Part shown: positions 29,217-41,351 of the stretch, piece after piece
Position numbering within the stretch: the first letter of the stretch is position 1
Layout: each line of letters begins with the position of its first letter
DNA from: an uncultured Bacillota bacterium
GTDB lineage: Bacteria; Bacillota; DTU025; MWDF01
Assembly: GCA_963823655.1 (NCBI GenBank)
Contig: CAWGMK010000013.1
Location: 352,001 to 416,000 of the forward strand
Direction of reading: 5' to 3'
Length of the DNA: 64,000 bases
Position numbers and translations under genes: made by a program
The notes under the pieces: model-generated
What the model was told of the DNA's origin: nothing
The model's input: the letters and a program-made list of their open reading frames with translations, nothing else
Database searches by the model: none

Positions 29217-30130
29217 CGACGAGCCTTACTTCAGGCTCCAGCCTCTCTCCGAATCTCTCGAACACTTCTTGCCTCACCTTGTCGATGAGAGCGCGTACTT
29301 CGGATGATTTCGCGTTCGCCGCGTTCACTATGAAGTTCGCATGCTTCAAGGAGACCATCGCTCCTCCGAGCCTGCTGCCCTTAAGTCCGCAGGAATCTAA
29401 TAAGCCTGCCAGCCCCCGCGCCTGTCGGGTTTCTGAAGATGCAGCCGGCATTTGGAAGCTCCAGTGGCTGCTTCGATGCCCTGTCCTTAAGAAGCTCCGA
29501 TGCTTTCGCCCTCATCGCGTCCTTGTCTGCTTTCTCGATATGGGCATGCATCGACAGGGCGATGTAGCCTTGCTTCATTAACGCGCTGGTCTTCGGGCCG
29601 AACTCCATCTGCTCGCAGTCGAGCTCGAGGCCCTCCCCCGCTGCATTCACAGCAATTACCCTCTTAGTCACCTTAGAGATGTTCCATCCATAGGCACCGG
29701 CGTTCATATGAAGGCCGCCTCCGATGGAACCGGGTATCCCGCACGCCTCGACGAAACCGGAGAAACCCTCATCCACAAGGGCCTTTGAAAGGGCCGGCAT
29801 GAAGACGCCGGATTCGGCGACAAGCGTATCGCCATCGATGCTCCATCTCTTCAAAGATGTGGTCGCAAGAACAAGGCCCCTAATGCCGGCATCTGCAACT
29901 AGCAGGTTGCTTCCGGCCCCCAGGACTAGATGCTCTATGGCATTTGCATGGGCCCAGCGTATGCAAGCGGCGAAGCTTTCGGCGTCAGCGGGGGCCGTGA
30001 ATATGTCTGCTGGGCCTCCGAGCCTGAAAGTGGTATGCAGGCTCATTGGCTCATCCATAAGCACAGGCGAGCCCGACAGGCTTTCCAGCTCCCTTTGCGC
30101 CTTATCCGAAAGCATCAGCTTAGCGCCCAT
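29197..30130 (-). CDS. murB: UDP-N-acetylmuramate dehydrogenase (frameshift near 29420)
   Basis: HTTFRLGGPAD, GAGSNLL, GIPGSIGG..MNAGAYG, QPLELPNAGCIFRNP, HANFIVN, LEPEV. Confidence 0.93.
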
Positions 30131-31506
30131 CCTCGCCCTCCTTGAGGCGTTCTGCCATAATCCTTGTAGCCTTCCAGATGTCGCCGGCGCCCATTGTAAC
30201 TACCGTATCTCCCCTTCTGGCGATGGAAAGCGCCCAAACGGCCGCGGCCTCGGCGCCTTCCGCGAAGTCCACAGTGCTCCCTCTGACCATGGAAATCCTT
30301 CCGGCCAGCACTCTTCCGTTGACCCCTTCTATGGGCTCCTCACCGGTGCCTTTGTAGTAGACTTCCGTCACAAGCAGGTAATCGGCGTCGGAGAAAGCCG
30401 TGGCGAACCGGTCCATAAGCAGCTTGGTCCTTGAGAACCTCTGTGGCTGGAAGATAGCGATAAGCCTTCCTGGCGTCGCGGATTTAAGAGCTGACAGGGT
30501 CGCCTTTACTTCTTCGGGATGGTGGGCGTAGTCATCGATCACTTCGATGCCGGCCGAAACCGATATCCTCTGGCATCTCCTGTCCGCGCCTTTATAGGCA
30601 AAAATGCCATCCCTGATCTTGTCGAAGGGCACGCCTATTTCCAAAGCCACGGCGGCCGCCCCCAAAGCGTTTGCTATGTTGTGCATGCCCGGCACTGCCA
30701 GCTTGAGCCTTCCCAGGGCAGCCCCGTGCTGAATTACCGTAAACTCCGAGCCGAAGCCCGAAACGACGACGTCCTTTGAGCCATAGCCGTTCGCCTCCGT
30801 CAGCCCGTAGCGTACCGTTTTGCATGTGGCCTTTTGCGCGGCCTCAACGGCGTCCGGAGAATTCTGAACATACAACTAGCAAGCCATCCTGCCTGATGCT
30901 TGCCGAATATGAGCCGAATGCTTCCTTGATGGCCTCATAAGTGCCGTAGTGGTCCCTGTGGTCATCGTCGACATTGGTGATTATCGCAGCATAGGGCCTG
31001 AGCTTTAGAAATGTGCCGTAGGCTTCGTCAGCCTCCACTACCATGTAGGGACCGGCCCCATACCTGCCTCCTGTGGGCATATCGGGAAGCCCGGAGCCCA
31101 CTAGAGCCATTGGGTCTAATCCTGCCTCTATGAGTATGTATGTAAGCATTGCCGTGGTGGTCGTCTTGCCATGTGTGCCTGTGACTCCAATCCCGCAAGT
31201 CGAGTTGAAGAGCATGGCCAGCAGGTCGGCCCTTGGCAGCACCTTTATACCAAGCCTTCTTGCCTCACTCAGCTCCGGATCATCCTCTGGCACGGCATTC
31301 GAGTAAATCACAGCCGTGGATGAGGCGATTCCTTCCGGGTTGTGCCCGAGCCAGACCTGCGCGCCCATCCCTTCCAGCTCCCTGAGCCCGGCGCTGTCCT
31401 TGATGTCCGAACCGGAGACCTGGTTTCCCAGCTTGAGGAGTATGGCCGCCAGCGGCCTCATGCCGTAGCCTCCAGCGCCTATGAAATGCACCCTGCCTTC
31501 TATCAT
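30120..31506 (-). CDS. murC: UDP-MurNAc--L-alanine ligase (frameshift near 30878)
   Basis: HFIGAGGYGM, GTHGKTTT, EADE, DDYAHHP, FQPQRFSRT. Confidence 0.94.
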
Positions 31507-32647
31507 CAGGCATTGCCCCCTTTCATATGGCGCAGGACAAGCTCTGCGACCGCAGGCGCTGCCGCCGGCATGGCAAGGGCTAACGCTGCCTCAGACATTC
31601 GTTTGAGCCTCGCCGGATCTGCCAGGAGGCCGTCAGCAGCGCTTTTCAAAGCAGCGCCGCCTAAAGCGTCGTTTTCTATCATTACCGCAGCTCCGGCCCC
31701 TTGCATGGCCGATGCGTTCTTCCGCTGGACATCATCGGGTACAATGGGTGCGGTATTAGTATCGAAGGAAGGCCCTTCGCCGTTATCTCAGCGAGAGTCA
31801 AAGCCCCCGAGCGGCTGACTACCAGATCGCAAACGGCAAGCGCCGAGCCCATATCATGCAGGTAGGGCACTATATAGAACTTGTGGCCCTTCTTTTCGAA
31901 GCTGTCAGCGAAAGGCAGTCCCTTCGACTTAGCCTCCACGGCTGAAGCGGTGAAGTTGGACTTTCCGGTGGCAAGAATCACCCTTATATCGTCATCAACG
32001 GAAAGCTTCATTGCGTCTATTGCCGCTCTGGTTATCTTTTGGGCGCCCTGGCTGCCACCGAAAACGAGCACCGTCTTAGAAGCCGGTTCCAATCCAAGCT
32101 TCTCAAGAGCCTGCTGCCTGTTCGTGCCCGTTATGGAGGACCTTATAGGATTTCCGGTGTGCACTATCTCGGCATTGCCTTTGAAGCCCGACCTGGAGCC
32201 CTCCCAGCTGATCGCCAGCCCTTTTGCGAACCTACCCAGCATCCTGTTGGCAAGCCCAGGATAGACATTCTGTTCGTGCAGTATAAGCGGCACTTTGCAA
32301 AGAACGGCAGCAGCCCCTACAGGAAACGACGCGTACCCGCCCGTGCCGACTACCGCATCGGGTTTGAAATCCTTGATTATCCTAATAGCCTGGAACACTG
32401 ATGTAAACGCCTTCCAGGCTGAGATTACCGCAGAAAAGCTTATGCTCCTATCGAGCCCTCTTATCTCAAGCGCCTTGAACTCGTAGCCCTCCCTGGGCAC
32501 AAGCTCTCCCTCAAGCCCCTTGCGCCCGCCTACGTAAAGCAGCGCGGCTTTTGGGTATCTTGACATCAGCTCGCCTGCTACGGCGAGCGCCGGATATATG
32601 TGTCCGCCGGTTCCCCCACCGGTCACTATGAAACGCGGATTAGGCAT
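31506..32647 (-). CDS. murG: MurG glycosyltransferase (frameshift near 31745)
   Basis: GGGTGGHIYP, GTGGY, HEQN, GNPIR, GGSQGA, RSGALT. Confidence 0.95.
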
Positions 32648-32665
32648 TTATACCTCCGTTATTTG

Positions 32666-33760
32666 TCAGATGCTCCTAGAAATGTTCAGCAGCAGGCCGA
32701 TCGCGGCCATGGTCGGCAGCATGGAAGAGCCCCCTGCCGATACCAGGGGCAATGTCATGCCTGTCACAGGCAGAAGGTTCGCGACGACGCCCATGTTTAT
32801 GAAGGCCTGCAGCGCTATCCATATGGAAAGCCCGTAGGCGAGGTTCGCCCTGAAAGTGTCGTTTGCCAGGTTCGCGAGCCTCAGGCCCCTTATTGCGATG
32901 ATGAGGAACATGAGCCCGAAGCCGGCGGTGCCCAGAAGGCCGAGCTCCTCGCCGACTACTGCGAAGATGAAGTCCGTGTGCTGTGCCGGGATATAGTACA
33001 TCTTCTGCCTTGATAGCCCCAGCCCAAGGCCCTTAATGCCGCCGGAGCCCAGAGCATAGAGCGTCTGAATGATCTGATATCCGGTAGATCTCGAATCGGA
33101 CCAGGGATTAAGGAAGCCCGTTATCCTTCGCCACCTGTACGGTTCCTGTATAGCCCATATGAAACCGCCTACCACGGCAGGCGCACCAATGGCCAGCAGC
33201 ACCCCTTTGTACTTGGTGTTGGTGAATACCATGGCAAGCCCGATTACTACGAAAAGCCCCGCGGTGCTGAAGTCCGGCTCCAGAAGCACAAGCCCTGCCA
33301 TGGAAGCCGAGATCACAATCGGAACCAGGACAGAATAGATGAAGTCGTATCTGCCCTGCCCTTCCACGAAATCGTAGTACCAGGCAAGCAGATATATCAT
33401 TGCGGGCTTTGCGAACTCCGATGGCTGCAACGTGCCCAGCCCGACGTCTATCCACCTTTTGGCGCCGCCTACCGTCTTGCCAATCACAAGGACCGCCGCA
33501 AGCGCGGCAAGCGCTGCCAAAAAGACCGGTATTGCCAGCTTCTTGGCGTTGTCAAGCTTCAGGCGCATGGTGAACAACATCGTCCCGACGCCGAGCACAA
33601 CCCATATTATCTGCCTTTTGATGTAGTGGAACATGTCTCCGTAATCAGCCAGGGCCTGCATCTGCGAGGAGCTGAAGACCATGACAAGGCCGCCTCCGAG
33701 CAGCAGCATCGCGGGCACGAATATCGACATGTCATAGTCCTTGCGCCTTATATCCCTCAT
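32666..33760 (-). CDS. ftsW: SEDS family peptidoglycan polymerase FtsW
   Basis: GAKRWI, QPSEFAK, EPDF, HTDFIF, GEELG, LPVTGMTLP. Confidence 0.93.
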   Translation of the reverse strand: MRDIRRKDYDMSIFVPAMLLLGGGLVMVFSSSQMQALADYGDMFHYIKRQIIWVVLGVGTMLFTMRLKLDNAKKLAIPVFLAALAALAAVLVIGKTVGGAKRWIDVGLGTLQPSEFAKPAMIYLLAWYYDFVEGQGRYDFIYSVLVPIVISASMAGLVLLEPDFSTAGLFVVIGLAMVFTNTKYKGVLLAIGAPAVVGGFIWAIQEPYRWRRITGFLNPWSDSRSTGYQIIQTLYALGSGGIKGLGLGLSRQKMYYIPAQHTDFIFAVVGEELGLLGTAGFGLMFLIIAIRGLRLANLANDTFRANLAYGLSIWIALQAFINMGVVANLLPVTGMTLPLVSAGGSSMLPTMAAIGLLLNISRSI

Positions 33761-33761
33761 C

Positions 33762-34715
33762 CTAACCTCTTAAGAAGATTACTAGCCCGAGCGCTCCGGT
33801 TATAAATGCCGCTATCCAGAAACCGACGGCCACATGAGTCTCAGGATACCCCAACAGCTCAAAATGATGATGTATGGGGGCCATCTTGAAAAGCCGTCTG
33901 TTTAGCTTGCGGATGTAATAGACCTGTATCACCGATGAGAGCACCTCTATTACGTAGAGGAGGCCTACTACTGCGAGCAGCACTTCATTCTTTGTAAGCA
34001 CGGCGAATGCCCCCAGCGCCCCTCCCAGCCCCAACGACCCCGTGTCGCCCATGAATACCAGGGCGGGGTGTGAGTTGAACATGAGGAAGGCAAGGCATGC
34101 GCCGACGAACGCGGCCGACAATGCGGCAAGCCCGTTTTGGTACTGCAGGAAGGCTATGACACCATAGGTGCCTATAGACGCAGCTGCGGCACCTGCCGCG
34201 AGCCCGTCGACGCCGTCTGCGAAGTTCACGCCATTGGCCGAGCCGATTACGATGAACATCGCAAACGGCACATAGAGCCATCCCATCTTCAACGGTGCTG
34301 CCACGAATGGTATATGGACATCCCCGCCCGATGTCGAATACGCGAACACGGCGAGGGCCCCTGCGAACAGGATCTGCCCAAGCAGCTTGTACCTGCCCAT
34401 AAGCCCCAGGCTGGCCTTGTGCCTTACCTTGAGGAAGTCATCCACGAAACCGATTGCCGCAAAGCCCGCCGCTGTTATGCACGTGGCGAAGACTTCAGGC
34501 GAAGCCGGTATGAAGAATATGAGCGATGCGAGCACCGCAAGGGCCATTATCGTCCCGCCCATGCTGGGAGTGCCCTGTTTTACCAGATGCGTCTGCGGGC
34601 CGTCGTCCCTTACGAACTGGCCCAGCTTGAACCTCTTTAACAATTTGATCGCCCACGGGGCCGCAAGTACCCCTACAAGGCAGGAAGCGGCGAATGAAAG
34701 AACGATGCTTTCCAT
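33762..34715 (-). CDS. mraY: Phospho-MurNAc-pentapeptide transferase
   Basis: GPQTH..KQGTPSMGG, GFVDD, NFADGVDGL, FMGDTGS, MAPIHHHFE. Confidence 0.96.
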   Translation of the reverse strand: MESIVLSFAASCLVGVLAAPWAIKLLKRFKLGQFVRDDGPQTHLVKQGTPSMGGTIMALAVLASLIFFIPASPEVFATCITAAGFAAIGFVDDFLKVRHKASLGLMGRYKLLGQILFAGALAVFAYSTSGGDVHIPFVAAPLKMGWLYVPFAMFIVIGSANGVNFADGVDGLAAGAAAASIGTYGVIAFLQYQNGLAALSAAFVGACLAFLMFNSHPALVFMGDTGSLGLGGALGAFAVLTKNEVLLAVVGLLYVIEVLSSVIQVYYIRKLNRRLFKMAPIHHHFELLGYPETHVAVGFWIAAFITGALGLVIFLRG

Positions 34716-34730
34716 GTCTCACCTCAAATC

Positions 34731-36149
34731 TTAGTGGGCCGTTTCCTTCTCGCCTGTTAGCATCCTTACCACATGGTCCATGCCCACAGACCGGCTTCCC
34801 TTAACGAGGACCAGGCTTCCGGGCGTGGCTATTTCCAGTATCTTGTCCTTCGCCTGCTCATATGTGTCGGTGTGCTGCACTTTCTTATAGCCGCCCATTA
34901 GAAGCCCCTCATAAGTTCCATGGCCGAGCTTGCCCATGGTGACTATTCCGGCGATAGGCAATTTCGCAAGCTTCATTCCCAGCTCGTGATGCAAATCGAG
35001 CGACCTGGTGCCAAGCTCTACCATGCCGCCAAGCACCATGAACAGAGGCCGGCCGGCTGCCAGCGCGAAGGCCGATTCTGAGGCCGCCGGGACCGATTCC
35101 GGGTTGGCGTTGTAGGAATCATCGAGCACCTCGAAACCGAACAGCGATTTCTTGAGCGTCATCCTCATCGCTGAGGGTGTGAATGTGGCTATCGCAACCT
35201 TGGCATCCTCCGCCCCGACCCCTTCTGAAAGCCCCGCGCACAATGCTGCAAGCGCATTTCTTACCTGGTGAGATCCGGCAAACGGGACCTTCATGCCGGG
35301 GATGCTCGATGAAGATACCTTGAGAAGCTCAGTCGCCTTCTTAGATAGGACCACATCAAACGAGGTCCCTTCGCTGTCAGTGGCAAGATTTATGGCCCTG
35401 ATATCTGCGCACTCGCCGAGGCCATATGTAAGATATGGGCACTTGGCTGCCTCTTTCATGGCGAACACCCTTTGGTCGTCGCAGTTGATTATCGCAAGCC
35501 CGTCCTCAGGGAGGGCTTCTACAAGCTCCCTTTTCGCCTTCGCTATGCCCTCCTGGGAACCCAAAAACTCCATATGCATGCTGCCGACTATGGTGACTAT
35601 GCCCTTCTTAGGCTTCGCCAGCTCCGTAAGGTACTTGATCTGGCCGAAGTCAAGCATGGCCATCTCGATGACTGCCGCCTCGTGATGGTGCTCCATATTC
35701 AAAAGCGTAAGCGGACACCCTATCTCCGTGTTCAGGTTGCCCATTGTCTTGAGCACCTTGTACTTCTTCGACAGGACTGCCGCCGTCATGTCCTTTGTGG
35801 TGGTCTTTCCGGCGGATCCGGTCACGCCGAAGACGATCGGGCTGAAGCGTTCCCTGTGGTGCTTCGCCATCAGGCCCAGGGCAAGGATTACGTCTTCTAC
35901 CAGTATCAGGCTCATGCCCTCCGGTACTTGTCCGGGTATCCTTGACACCAGAGCCGCCCTGGCACCGTTTTCGAAGGCGCCGGCAAGGTGGTCATGTCCG
36001 TCGGTCTTCTCACCTTTCAGGGCGACGAAGAGCCAGGAATCCCCTTTGTGCCTGCTATCCGACGCAAAACCCTTAATGATGCTATCGGCCGGGCCACTGG
36101 CTAGCTTTCCGCCCGATACCTCGATAAGCCACGCAAGCTCGAAATTCAT
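34731..36149 (-). CDS. murF: UDP-MurNAc-tripeptide--D-Ala-D-Ala ligase
   Basis: DSR, DGH, GVTGSAGKTTTK, N.EIG.P, DDSYNANP, KGSR. Confidence 0.94.
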   Translation of the reverse strand: MNFELAWLIEVSGGKLASGPADSIIKGFASDSRHKGDSWLFVALKGEKTDGHDHLAGAFENGARAALVSRIPGQVPEGMSLILVEDVILALGLMAKHHRERFSPIVFGVTGSAGKTTTKDMTAAVLSKKYKVLKTMGNLNTEIGCPLTLLNMEHHHEAAVIEMAMLDFGQIKYLTELAKPKKGIVTIVGSMHMEFLGSQEGIAKAKRELVEALPEDGLAIINCDDQRVFAMKEAAKCPYLTYGLGECADIRAINLATDSEGTSFDVVLSKKATELLKVSSSSIPGMKVPFAGSHQVRNALAALCAGLSEGVGAEDAKVAIATFTPSAMRMTLKKSLFGFEVLDDSYNANPESVPAASESAFALAAGRPLFMVLGGMVELGTRSLDLHHELGMKLAKLPIAGIVTMGKLGHGTYEGLLMGGYKKVQHTDTYEQAKDKILEIATPGSLVLVKGSRSVGMDHVVRMLTGEKETAH

Positions 36150-37644
36150 CTTGTGATCCGCTCCTTTATCGCGGCCGCGGCCTCTTCCCTGTCGTCGAAA
36201 TGGATGACCTTCTGGCCGGTCTTCTGATATGTTTCGGCTCCCTTTCCCGCGATTAGCACTGTATCCCCGGATTTCGCTGAGCCGATTGCCTTCCTTATCG
36301 CGATTCCCCTGTCCCTTTCTATCTCGTAGGGCGTGCCTTCATTCAAGCCGGCCCTAATATCGTCGATGATATTCTCGGGCTCCTCGTCCAACGGGTTGTC
36401 ATGTGTGACGAATACCCTGTCGGCAAGCTTCTGCGAGATGCTTGCCATCCATGGCCTGTTGGTCCTGTCCCGGTTCCCACAGCAGCCGAATACTACAATC
36501 AGATCGCCTTTGGTGAACTCCCTGGCCGTGGCAAGTGCGCTTTCAAGGCTCTCAGGATTGTGCGCAAAGTCCACTATTACGCTGAAATCCTGGCCGGCAT
36601 CGACTTTCTCGAACCTTCCTGGGACCCCATGGAAGCCGGAAAGCGCCGCTGCAGATTCCTCAAGCCCCACCCCTAAGGGCAAGCACGCCCCAATCGCTGC
36701 CAGGCAGTTGTAGACGTTGAATGTTCCGATCAGCCCGGTATTGACGGCAACGTCCGCGCCATCGAGGGTCCTAACGTGGAAGCTCGTTGACGTCGGCCCC
36801 TTCTCGATTTCGTCGGCATAGAGGTAGGCCCCATTTGACAGCCCGTATGTAATGCCTCTGGCCCCGGCCTCCCTGGCCTGCCTTCCCATGTAGTCCGCGT
36901 ACTTGTCATCGGCATTAATAACTGCGGCCCTGTGCCCCTGCTTCTGGGATTCCTCCTGGCATTTCCCGAGCGAGGAGAAGAGCTTCGCCTTTGACATTAC
37001 GTAGCCCTCATATGTCAGATGGTAGTCAAGATGGTCGTGGCCCATGTTTGTAAGCACACCGACATCGAAGCAGACATCCTCCACCCTGCCCTGAGCAAGC
37101 GCATGCGAGGAGACTTCCATTATGCAGGCGGTGCAGCCTGCGATAAGCATCTCAGACATATAGCCCGCAATATCGAGCGATTCCGGCGTCGTGTTCACCG
37201 CGTTTATCTTCCTGAGGCCGGTCTTATATTCCAATGAACCCAGCATCCCGCACTTTATGCCGTTGCTGCTGAGTATTCGTTCGACAAGGTAGGCCGTCGT
37301 GGTCTTGCCCTTGGTGCCCGTAATGCCGATGACCTTGAGCCTGGCGGAAGGGTAATTGAAGAACCTTGCGGCTATCTTTGACAAAGCCGCCCTGCAATCG
37401 TCGACCTTGATTGCGACAACACCGTCAGGAATTGCGATAGCGCGGCTGTGTACGACTGCCAAGCCCCTCTTTCGCAGGCGGACTTTACGAAATCGTGCCC
37501 ATCGAGCTTCGCGCCAATCAGGGCAACATATAAGTCGCCGGGCTGGACCTGCCTTGAGTCATAGCAGACCCTGTTTATCTCGATGTCCTCGATTGCCGTC
37601 AGCTCAGACGGGCCTATTCCATCGACTAGTTCGGAAAGCTTCAT
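36146..37644 (-). CDS. murE: MurE ligase (frameshift near 37465); DNPL instead of DNPR
   Basis: YDSR, DGH, GITGTKGKTT, TTPES, MEVSSHAL, DHLDYH, GRFE, DFAHNP, AGKG. Confidence 0.93.
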
Positions 37645-37666
37645 GCCACACCTCAATGAATGCGAT

Positions 37667-39804
37667 TTACTGCTGTCTCAACCAGACAGTAATCTGTGTG
37701 CCCTTCAAGTACCTGCCCCCTGCGGCAGGCTCCTGCTTATATACTATGCCGCTTCCCACAGGCGTCAGCGAAAAGCCTGACAGACCGGCCGAAAGCGCTG
37801 CATTTTTCAAAGATTTCCCCCTCAGGTCGGGAATCGTCGCATCGAGCTTGCCCTTCTCGGAGGATGAGGCAGCATCTTGAAAGTATACCACCACGGCTGA
37901 GCCTTCAAGCGCCATCGTCCCGGCCTTGGCACCATCTCCGTCGCCCTGCTGCCGGTGCCCTCGGACGCCAGCACGAAGCCGGATGAGCGCATCGCCGAAT
38001 TTGCCTGGTACTTGGTCATGCCGATTACGTTTGGCACTTGTTTAAGCCCTGCTGCTTTCGTCTTATCCGCCTCGCTGATGCTCGGGGCTATGCCCATATA
38101 TCTCATGACTTCGGCCGCGGCCTGCTTGAAGACGGGGGCTGCGATCGTGCCGCCGTACCTGTTGGATGAGGATGGTTCGTCGACCGAAATCAGCATCACA
38201 ATCTTCGGGTCTTCCGCCGGTATGTAGCCCATGAACGAAGCAGTGTTCTCGCTGCCGTAGCCGCCCGTGGCGGCCGGTTTCTGGGATGTGCCGGTCTTGC
38301 CTGCGATGCTGTAGCCCTGCGGTATTGCCTTGCTTCCGATGATCAGCGTTACTTCATGCATCATATACTGCATCTTGGCGATAGTATCCGCCGACAGCAC
38401 CTGCCTCAGCTTCGTGGGCTTGAAGCTCTTCACCACATTGCCGTCGGAGTCCCTGAGCTCTTTGACCATGTAAGGCCTCATAAGGGAGCCTCCGTTGGCG
38501 ATTGCGCTCATCGCGGATATCAGCTGTATTCCGGTCACCGAGATGCCCTGGCCGAATGCGGATGTTGCCTGCTCGACAAGCCTGAAATTCTCGGGTTTGT
38601 GCATTATGCCGGTCGCCTCTCCCGGGAAGTCTATGCCCTGTCTTGAGGCCGAAATCCATATGCCTGGAAATAATGAGTAAGCCTGTCGGGTCCCAATTTC
38701 AGAGCAATCGAGCTGAAAACGGGGTTGCAGGAGTTGGCCATCGCTTCGACAAGCGTCTGCTCTCCGTGCCCCGGCAGCTTCCAGCAGTTTATCCTCGCGT
38801 CAGCGACTCGTATGTAGCCCGGGTCGTAGAACATCTCATCAAGCCTTACCAGGTTGTCCTCCAGGGCCGCTGCCGCAATGAAGGTTTTCATTGTGGAGCC
38901 CGGTTCGTACTGGTCAGTTATCGGCACAAGCCTTCTGTCCTTATTGGAGGTCTTCAGAGGGTCATTAGGATTTATAAACGGATAACTAGCCGCAGCAAGC
39001 ACCTCTCCTGTAAAAGGATCCATTGCCAACACGAAACCGCTTTTTGCGCCGAACTCCTTGACCGCGCTCTCCAGATGCTTCTCGCAGCTGTACTGTATGT
39101 TCTCGTCTATGGTAAGCACGACGTCGAGCCCATCCACTGCAGGCGTGAAGATCTCCTGCCCGCCGGCGATGACATTGCCCTTCGCGTCCTTCTCGACCTG
39201 CCTTAGGCCGGGCGTACCTGCAAGATAGGAATTGTAGTAGGCCTCAATCCCTTCAAGGCCCTGATTGTCGCTTCCGGCAAATCCTATCAGCTGCCCCGCC
39301 AGGCTGCCCTTGGGATAGAAACGCTGCCCCTGCTGTACGATGGTAAGGCCGCTTATCCTCTGCGTCGCTATGGTCTGCAGAGCTTCGTAGCTTACCTTCC
39401 TTCGCTATTATGCTGGGCTTCTGGCCAAGCTTGATCTGCTCGGCCAGCTTATTCTTGTCGACGCCGAGTATAGGGGCCAGCTTGGCTGCGGTAGCGGCAG
39501 TGTCCTTAAGATCCTGCGGCCTGACATAAATCGAGTTGGAAGTTGTGCTGTAGGCAAGCTCAATCCCGTTCCTGTCGAGGATCCTGCCGCGAACCGGTTC
39601 TACCGCGGACGGCTTCACCCTCTGGGCTAGAGCCTCTTCGGCATACTCGGCGGCTTTGAATATCTGTATGTAAGATAATCTGATGAAGAGTACTGAGTAT
39701 AGGAATATGACCAGGATCAATGACAACCAAATGCCATTGATCCTGGTCCTTTTAGTTCCATCTATACCCTCAGGCCTGATCTTGCGCCTGTCTTGCGGGT
39801 TCAC
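37667..39804 (-). CDS. ftsI: Class B penicillin-binding protein (FtsI/PBP2B) with two PASTA domains (several frameshifts)
   Basis: RGRILDRNG, EPGSTMK (SxxK), NSCN (SxN), GKTGT (KTG), PASTA segments VPNVIG and IPDLRG; pieces in 4-5 ORFs. Confidence 0.9.
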
Positions 39805-39824
39805 ATTGGATCAACCCCAATATA

Positions 39825-40394
39825 TCACTGCAGTACATCCGGGAGGCTGCCGTTGGAGTTGGCATGCCAGGTGGATATCATGCTTGAAGTCGCGCTGATA
39901 GCTGTGCTCCTGAGCCATGAGCCGAATACCGCCAGCACCGTGGGTACTTCGAAATTGAGCCGGGCGGTCTCCGCCTTTTCTTCTGCCGGCTTGGCAGCTG
40001 CAACCTCCACAGGTTCGTCAGAGCTGTCAACCAGCAGCACAGCCACTTTCTTGGCATCCACCATACCGAGCTTCACCCTGGCAATTGTCTCCACTTTAGA
40101 TATGGAGGTCAGCTCGGCCAGCTCCATGCTCCTCTCGTTGTAAAGCTGCTTCAATCCCGCGATCTGCTCCTCAAGCGTCTCCAAATGCGAGTAAGCCGAA
40201 ATCAGGGCAGAACGCTGGGCGAGATATCCCATGGCGACTAATACAGCAATGAATATTATAACAGAAACCGAAAGCATGATGGCGTTCGAATTGGAGACGC
40301 GAGCACGCCTTACAGCCCTGTTATCCGGCCTTTTTGCGGGCTTGGCCGTCCTCTTTAGGGAAATCGGTTTCGAGTTGGCGTATATCCTCATCAC
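39825..40394 (-). CDS. ftsL: FtsL-like cell division protein with C-terminal extension
   Basis: Basic N-terminus, one TM, coiled coil, VETIARVKLGM; between rsmH and the PBP gene. Confidence 0.75.
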   Translation of the reverse strand: MMRIYANSKPISLKRTAKPAKRPDNRAVRRARVSNSNAIMLSVSVIIFIAVLVAMGYLAQRSALISAYSHLETLEEQIAGLKQLYNERSMELAELTSISKVETIARVKLGMVDAKKVAVLLVDSSDEPVEVAAAKPAEEKAETARLNFEVPTVLAVFGSWLRSTAISATSSMISTWHANSNGSLPDVLQ

Positions 40395-40398
40395 AATA

Positions 40399-41351
40399 TC
40401 ACTCCTGCCATGTGATTTTCTCGGCTGCCCTCAATTTCGCGCTGCGTGACCTGGGGTTCCTTTCGATCTCGCCCTCGGTGGGAAGGATTGGCTTCTTTGT
40501 GATGATCTTTACCTTTGCCTTGAGCCCGCAAACGCAAATGGGTATGTCCGGCGGGCATGTACACGGGTTCTCGCTCTGTCTGAAAAGGTTCTTCACTATC
40601 CTGTCCTCGAGGGAGTGATAGCTTATAACCGCTATCCTTCCGCCGGGGTTTAATGCGTCGATTGCCTTGGGAATCCCGGCTGCGATGTTATCAAGCTCAG
40701 TGTTGACCGCTATCCTCAGGGCCTGGAAAGTCCTTCTTGCCGGATGCTGCCCTTTTTCCCGGGCCCCTTTCGGTATGGCGGCTTCGATTATTTCAATGAG
40801 CCCGGTGGTTGTGGTAATCCTTCGCTCAAGCCTTGCGGCAATTATGAATTTGGCAACTCTTACGGCCCACTTCTCTTCGCCGAAATCCCTGAGTATACTA
40901 ATCAGCCGTTTTTCATCCGCCCCGTTTACTATGTCTTCCGCGGTTCTTCCATTGGAGCGGTCCATCCTCATGTCCAGCGGGGCCTCTTCCCTGTATGTGA
41001 AACCCCTTTCCGATTTATCGAGCTGGAAGGAGCTGACTCCTAAGATCGAAAAGGATTGCATCCACACCTGCAATGCCGAGGTTCGAGAGGACGCTGTCCA
41101 ATTCCACATATGATGCCTTCACGACGCTGACTTTGCAGCCGGCTCCGGAGAGCCTTCGATTCTGCCGCCTCTATCGCGTCCTTGTCGACATCAAGGCCGA
41201 TCACCATCCCGCCCGGGGAAACCCTCTTCGCCGCCTCTATCGCATGTCCCGCGCCGCCAAGCGTGCAGTCCAGGTAGATGCCGCCGGGTCTGAGGTTCAG
41301 GATGTCAAGGATTTCGCCGATCATCACCGGCTCGTGTTCGAAGCTTTTCAT
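40399..41351 (-). CDS. rsmH: 16S rRNA m4C1402 methyltransferase (frameshifted)
   Basis: HEPVM, DCTLGGAGH, LGVSSFQLD, PLDMRM, FQALRIAVN, SYHSLEDR, NPRSRSAKLR. Confidence 0.95.
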
